DNA of 64,000 nt, taken from positions 96,001-160,000 of the forward strand of contig CAWFGE010000016.1 of the NCBI GenBank assembly GCA_963815195.1, read 5' to 3'. A model generated the notes under the pieces. It searched no databases. It worked only from the letters and a program-made list of their open reading frames with translations, and was not told where the DNA came from. A program made the position numbers and the translations under genes. The stretch is from an uncultured Planctomycetaceae bacterium (GTDB taxonomy: Bacteria > Planctomycetota > Planctomycetia > Planctomycetales > Planctomycetaceae). Within the stretch, counting starts at the first letter, position 1. Each line of letters starts with the position of its first letter. Of the stretch, positions 59,559 to 64,000 are shown piece by piece.

Positions 59559-62249
59559 ATGACGGATACGATTTATCTGGTGGACACCTTTTCGTTGATG
59601 TTCCAGGTGTTCCACGCCATCCGGCAGCCGATGACCGGAGCCGGTGGGCAGCCCACGAACGCTGTGTACGGGTTCACGACCGATCTCCGGCATCTGCGAA
59701 ACGAGATCAAGCCCACGCATCTGGTGTGCGCGCTCGAATCGACCGAACCGGGCGAGCGGAGCAGAATCTATCCGGAATACAAAGCCCACCGCGCGGAGAT
59801 GCCCGAAGATTTGAGGCCGCAGGTGGAGTGGATCATCAAGGTCATCAAGGGGTTTAACATCCCGGTGGTGAGTTATCCGGGCTGGGAGGCGGACGATGTC
59901 ATTGCCACGCTCGCCAAACAAGCCGCCGAGCGGGGCATGGAAGTCCGCATCGTCACCAGCGACAAAGACGCCCGCCAACTCCTGGGGCCGCGCGTCCAGA
60001 TGTATAACATCCGCAAAAAACTGTTTCTGGACGAGGCGTTTTTGAAAGAGGACTGGGGCGTCCGGCCGGACCAGGTGATTGATTTTCAATCGCTCGTGGG
60101 CGACTCGACCGACAACGTGCCCGGCGTGCCTCTGGTCGGTCCGAAGAAAGCCCAGGCCCTCTTGGAAGAGTTCGGCACTTTGGAAAACGTGCTCGCCCAT
60201 GCCGGGGAAGTCCGCGGGAAGAAGCTGCAAGAGAACCTGAAAAACTTCGCCGAGCAAGCCTACCTCAGCCGGGAGTTGGTGACCTTAAACACCGGACTGC
60301 CTTTGGATTTCGATTGGGAACACGCCCGCGTCACCGAGCCGGACTGGAACCGCCTGGAAGAGCTGTTTACGGAGCTCGCATTCAAACGCTACGCCGACGA
60401 AGCCCGCACGAAGAAACGCCGGGTCCCCAAGGCCAAGGCGAAAACGCTGTTCCGCGAATGGGACGTGATCGACACGGCGTCCGGGCTGGATGAGTTGGTC
60501 AAGGAACTCGCGCAGCAGCCGGCGTTCTGCGTGGATTTGGAGACGACGAGCCTGAATGCCGTGGAAGCGGAGATCGTGGGCTGGGCGATTTGCTGGGAAG
60601 CGGGCCGGGCATTTTATGTGCCCGTGGCCGGTCCGCCGCTGGAGATCAAGCTCGATCCGGGAACCGTTTTGGCGGCGCTGAAGCCGGTGCTCGAGAACGC
60701 GCACATCGCGAAGGTGAATCAGAACATCAAGTACGACATGCTGGTGCTGAAGCACGCGGGCGTGGACCTCCAAGGCGTGGGCCTGGATCCGATGGTGGGC
60801 GATTATCTTTTGGAAGCCGGGGCCCGCAGCCACGGCCTGGACACGCTCGCCGACCGCTATTTGGGCCGATCGATGATCCCGATCAGCGAACTCATCGGCA
60901 AAGGCGCGAAGCAAAAGAGCATGACCGAGGTGGACGTCCAGCGCGTGGCGGAATACGCGACCGAAGACGCGGACTTCGCCTGGCAGATCGCGGAACTCGT
61001 CGCCGAGGATCTGAAGCAGGAGGGGCTGTGGGATCTGTATTGGGATCTGGAGCGGCCGTTGATTAAGGTCCTGGCCGAGATGGAGTGCGCCGGCGTTCGC
61101 GTGGACACCGACGAACTCGGCCGCCAAAGCGCCAAACTCAGTCTGCGGCTCGACGAACTCGAACAAGAGATCTACAAACTCGCGGGGCGGGAATTCAACA
61201 TCGGCTCGCCCAAGCAGTTGGCCGAGATTCTCTTCACCGAACTGAATCTTCCCGTCGTGAAGCGCACGAAAACGGGGCCGAGCACAAATTCCGACGTCCT
61301 CGAGCAACTCGCCATCGTGCACGAATTGCCCGCCAAGATCATCGAGCAGCGCCAGCTCGCGAAGCTCAAAGGCACGTATCTGGATGCGCTGCCCGCGATG
61401 GTCAATCCCAACACGGGGAACATCCACTGCTCGTTCAACCAGGTCGTGGCCGCGACGGGCCGGCTGAGTTCCAGCGATCCGAACTTGCAAAACATCCCCA
61501 TCCGCACCGAGGAAGGCCGGCTGATCCGCCGGGCGTTCGTGCCGTCCGTGCCCGGCTGGAAGCTCGTGTGTGCCGACTATTCGCAAATCGAACTCCGCAT
61601 GCTCGCCCACTTCAGCCAGGACCCCGCTCTCCAAAAAGCCTTCCGCGAAGGCATCGACATCCATCGGGCGGTGGCGGCGGACGTCTTCGGCACGCCGATC
61701 GAACAGGTCACCAGCGAACAACGCCGCATCGCCAAGGCGGTGAACTTCGGCGTGATCTACGGCCAAACCCCGTTCGGATTGTCGAGCGTGCTCCGCATTC
61801 CCCGCGGCGAGGCGGCCGATTTTATCGACGGCTATTTCGACCGCTACCCCGGCGTCGAGAAATACCTGGAATCACTGCTCGTAGAATGCCAGAAAACCGG
61901 TTACGCCCGCACGATCCTCGGCCGACGCCGGCGCGTGGAAGGCGTGACCCGCACCAAAGGCCGGCAGCGAAATCTCCCCGAACGCACCGCGATCAACACA
62001 GTAATCCAAGGCTCGGCGGCGGATTTGATCAAACGGGCGATGCTGGGCATTTCCGAGCGACTGAAAGCCGAGAACCACCCGGCCCGCATGCTCCTGCAAA
62101 TCCACGATGAACTCATTTTTGAAACCCCGGCCGACACCACCCGATCGCTCATTCCCATCGCCCGCGAAGAAATGAGCCAGGCCCTAAACCTCGATGTCCC
62201 GCTCGTCGTGGACATCAAAACCGGCGACAACTGGCTCGACGCCGAATAG
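59559..62249 (+). CDS. polA: DNA polymerase I
   Basis: EADDVIAT, DLETT, TGRLSSSDPNLQNIP, ADYSQIELR, KAVNFGVIYG, QIHDEL. Confidence 0.98.
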   Translation: MTDTIYLVDTFSLMFQVFHAIRQPMTGAGGQPTNAVYGFTTDLRHLRNEIKPTHLVCALESTEPGERSRIYPEYKAHRAEMPEDLRPQVEWIIKVIKGFNIPVVSYPGWEADDVIATLAKQAAERGMEVRIVTSDKDARQLLGPRVQMYNIRKKLFLDEAFLKEDWGVRPDQVIDFQSLVGDSTDNVPGVPLVGPKKAQALLEEFGTLENVLAHAGEVRGKKLQENLKNFAEQAYLSRELVTLNTGLPLDFDWEHARVTEPDWNRLEELFTELAFKRYADEARTKKRRVPKAKAKTLFREWDVIDTASGLDELVKELAQQPAFCVDLETTSLNAVEAEIVGWAICWEAGRAFYVPVAGPPLEIKLDPGTVLAALKPVLENAHIAKVNQNIKYDMLVLKHAGVDLQGVGLDPMVGDYLLEAGARSHGLDTLADRYLGRSMIPISELIGKGAKQKSMTEVDVQRVAEYATEDADFAWQIAELVAEDLKQEGLWDLYWDLERPLIKVLAEMECAGVRVDTDELGRQSAKLSLRLDELEQEIYKLAGREFNIGSPKQLAEILFTELNLPVVKRTKTGPSTNSDVLEQLAIVHELPAKIIEQRQLAKLKGTYLDALPAMVNPNTGNIHCSFNQVVAATGRLSSSDPNLQNIPIRTEEGRLIRRAFVPSVPGWKLVCADYSQIELRMLAHFSQDPALQKAFREGIDIHRAVAADVFGTPIEQVTSEQRRIAKAVNFGVIYGQTPFGLSSVLRIPRGEAADFIDGYFDRYPGVEKYLESLLVECQKTGYARTILGRRRRVEGVTRTKGRQRNLPERTAINTVIQGSAADLIKRAMLGISERLKAENHPARMLLQIHDELIFETPADTTRSLIPIAREEMSQALNLDVPLVVDIKTGDNWLDAE

Positions 62250-62345
62250 CGTTCGCGATCTGTTTTCGTCCGGTGGCAATTCGACGGGGGATTCGCCACA
62301 ATCCGGGAAAGTCGAAACCATCTTGTATCACGAAAGAGAAACCGC

Positions 62346-63290
62346 ATGGAAACCCGACCGCTGGGCAAAACCGGGCTTGATCTGACCGTGCTTTCCTACG
62401 GGGCGTCTTCGCTGGGGGCGGAGTTTCGCCGGGTCGATCTGGCGGAAGCCCTCAAAAGCGTGCACGTCGCCATCGACCGCGGGATGAACTTCATCGACAC
62501 CTCGCCCTACTACGGCCGGGGCATGAGCGAAGTCCTCCTGGGCCAGGTCCTGCCGGAGATTCCCCGCGAAAAATACTATCTGGGCACAAAGCTCGGCCGA
62601 TATGCACCGCGGCATTTTGACTTCAGCGCCAAACGCGTCGAGGAAAGCATCGACATTTCGCTGGAGCGGATGAAGGTCGATACCCTCGACATCGCCCTCT
62701 GTCACGACATCGAGTTCGTGAACCTCGCGCAGATCATCAACGAAACCCTCCCCGCGCTTCGCAAGCAGGTGGAAAAAGGCAAGGTGCGGTTCATCGGCGT
62801 CAGCGGCTATCCGATGAAGATGTTCAAAACGATCCTCGCCCAGGCTGAGATCGACGTCCTGTTGACCTATAACCATTACACCCTGCAGAACGACATGGCC
62901 CTCGAATTGGTGCCGATTTGTGAAGAGAAGGGCGTGGGTCTGATGAATGCCGCCCCGTTCTCGGCGAGGCTTTTGACAAACGCCCCGCTCCCGGAATGGC
63001 ACAAGGCTCCGCCAAACGTTCGCGAAGCGGCGAAAAAAGCCGCCGAGCATTGCCAGTCGAAAGGCGTGGACATCGCGCAGTTGGCGCTCCAGTTTTCGGT
63101 CGCCAATCCCAGCTTTGCGACGTGCGTCACGGGCTCGGCCAATCCGAAGCGGGTCGCGCAATGGGTGGACTGGGCCGCGAAACCGTTGGATCAACAATTG
63201 CTCGCCGAGGTCCAGGAGATCCTCCGGCCGATCCACAACTGGTTCTACATCGAAGGCCGCCCCGAAAACAACGATGAACCCCGCACATAA
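62346..63290 (+). CDS. Aldo/keto reductase
   Basis: LGKTGL, DTSPYYG, TKLGRY, HDIEF, GKVRFIGVS. Confidence 0.92.
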   Translation: METRPLGKTGLDLTVLSYGASSLGAEFRRVDLAEALKSVHVAIDRGMNFIDTSPYYGRGMSEVLLGQVLPEIPREKYYLGTKLGRYAPRHFDFSAKRVEESIDISLERMKVDTLDIALCHDIEFVNLAQIINETLPALRKQVEKGKVRFIGVSGYPMKMFKTILAQAEIDVLLTYNHYTLQNDMALELVPICEEKGVGLMNAAPFSARLLTNAPLPEWHKAPPNVREAAKKAAEHCQSKGVDIAQLALQFSVANPSFATCVTGSANPKRVAQWVDWAAKPLDQQLLAEVQEILRPIHNWFYIEGRPENNDEPRT

Positions 63291-63312
63291 ACTTTAGTAA
63301 GGCAACCGGATT

Positions 63313-63392
63313 GGGTGGCACGTCCCTGAGCCCTGCGAAGGGCGTGGCGATTGCGAGGACCACGCCCTTCGTTCCTCAGGGACGTGCCACCC
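63313..63392. repeat. Intact REP-like inverted doublet
   Basis: GGGTGGCACGTCCCTGAG...GAAGGGCGTGG / CCACGCCCTTCG...CTCAGGGACGTGCCACCC. Confidence 0.85.
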
Positions 63393-63425
63393 ACCGGTTC
63401 AGCTTAAATCCAGGAAAGACAACTG

Positions 63426-64000
<575 letters not shown>

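Overview
GC-rich bacterial chromosome segment, almost certainly Planctomycetota: it has a DUF1549/DUF1553 cytochrome-c protein next to DUF1501, a sulfatase, a HEAT-extended FlgI beside smc, and rpsP-trmD-rplS without rimM. The backbone is housekeeping or lineage-typical: mutS, prpB, pfkB, ridA, rpsP-trmD-rplS-yraN, an RlmL-like methyltransferase, a Czc/Cus heavy-metal RND cluster, smc and polA. Many genes carry single-base frameshifts, most likely long-read consensus errors. Mobile DNA includes a one-ended IS21 whose istA is fused in frame to an unrelated gene tail, a complete IS3, a complete ISAs1 with a 10-bp target duplication, a 188-bp MITE and at least six families of palindromic REP/MITE-like repeats. 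The main oddities are: (i) a mosaic island at about 8.9-12.9 kb where REP-like doublets bound foreign gene fragments, including an orphan integron-type cassette with a clipped attC and a MITE at its apparent G^TT crossover point; (ii) a 162-bp palindromic element inserted in frame into a signal peptide; (iii) a repeated WCxEHxxPExxCxxC module shared by the RND adaptor and a lipoprotein; (iv) an AT-richer HEPN-like gene beside an orphan DUF433 antitoxin; (v) tandem small membrane-peptide paralogs. I recognised no CRISPR, rRNA or tRNA. All family assignments come from motif recognition, not database searches.
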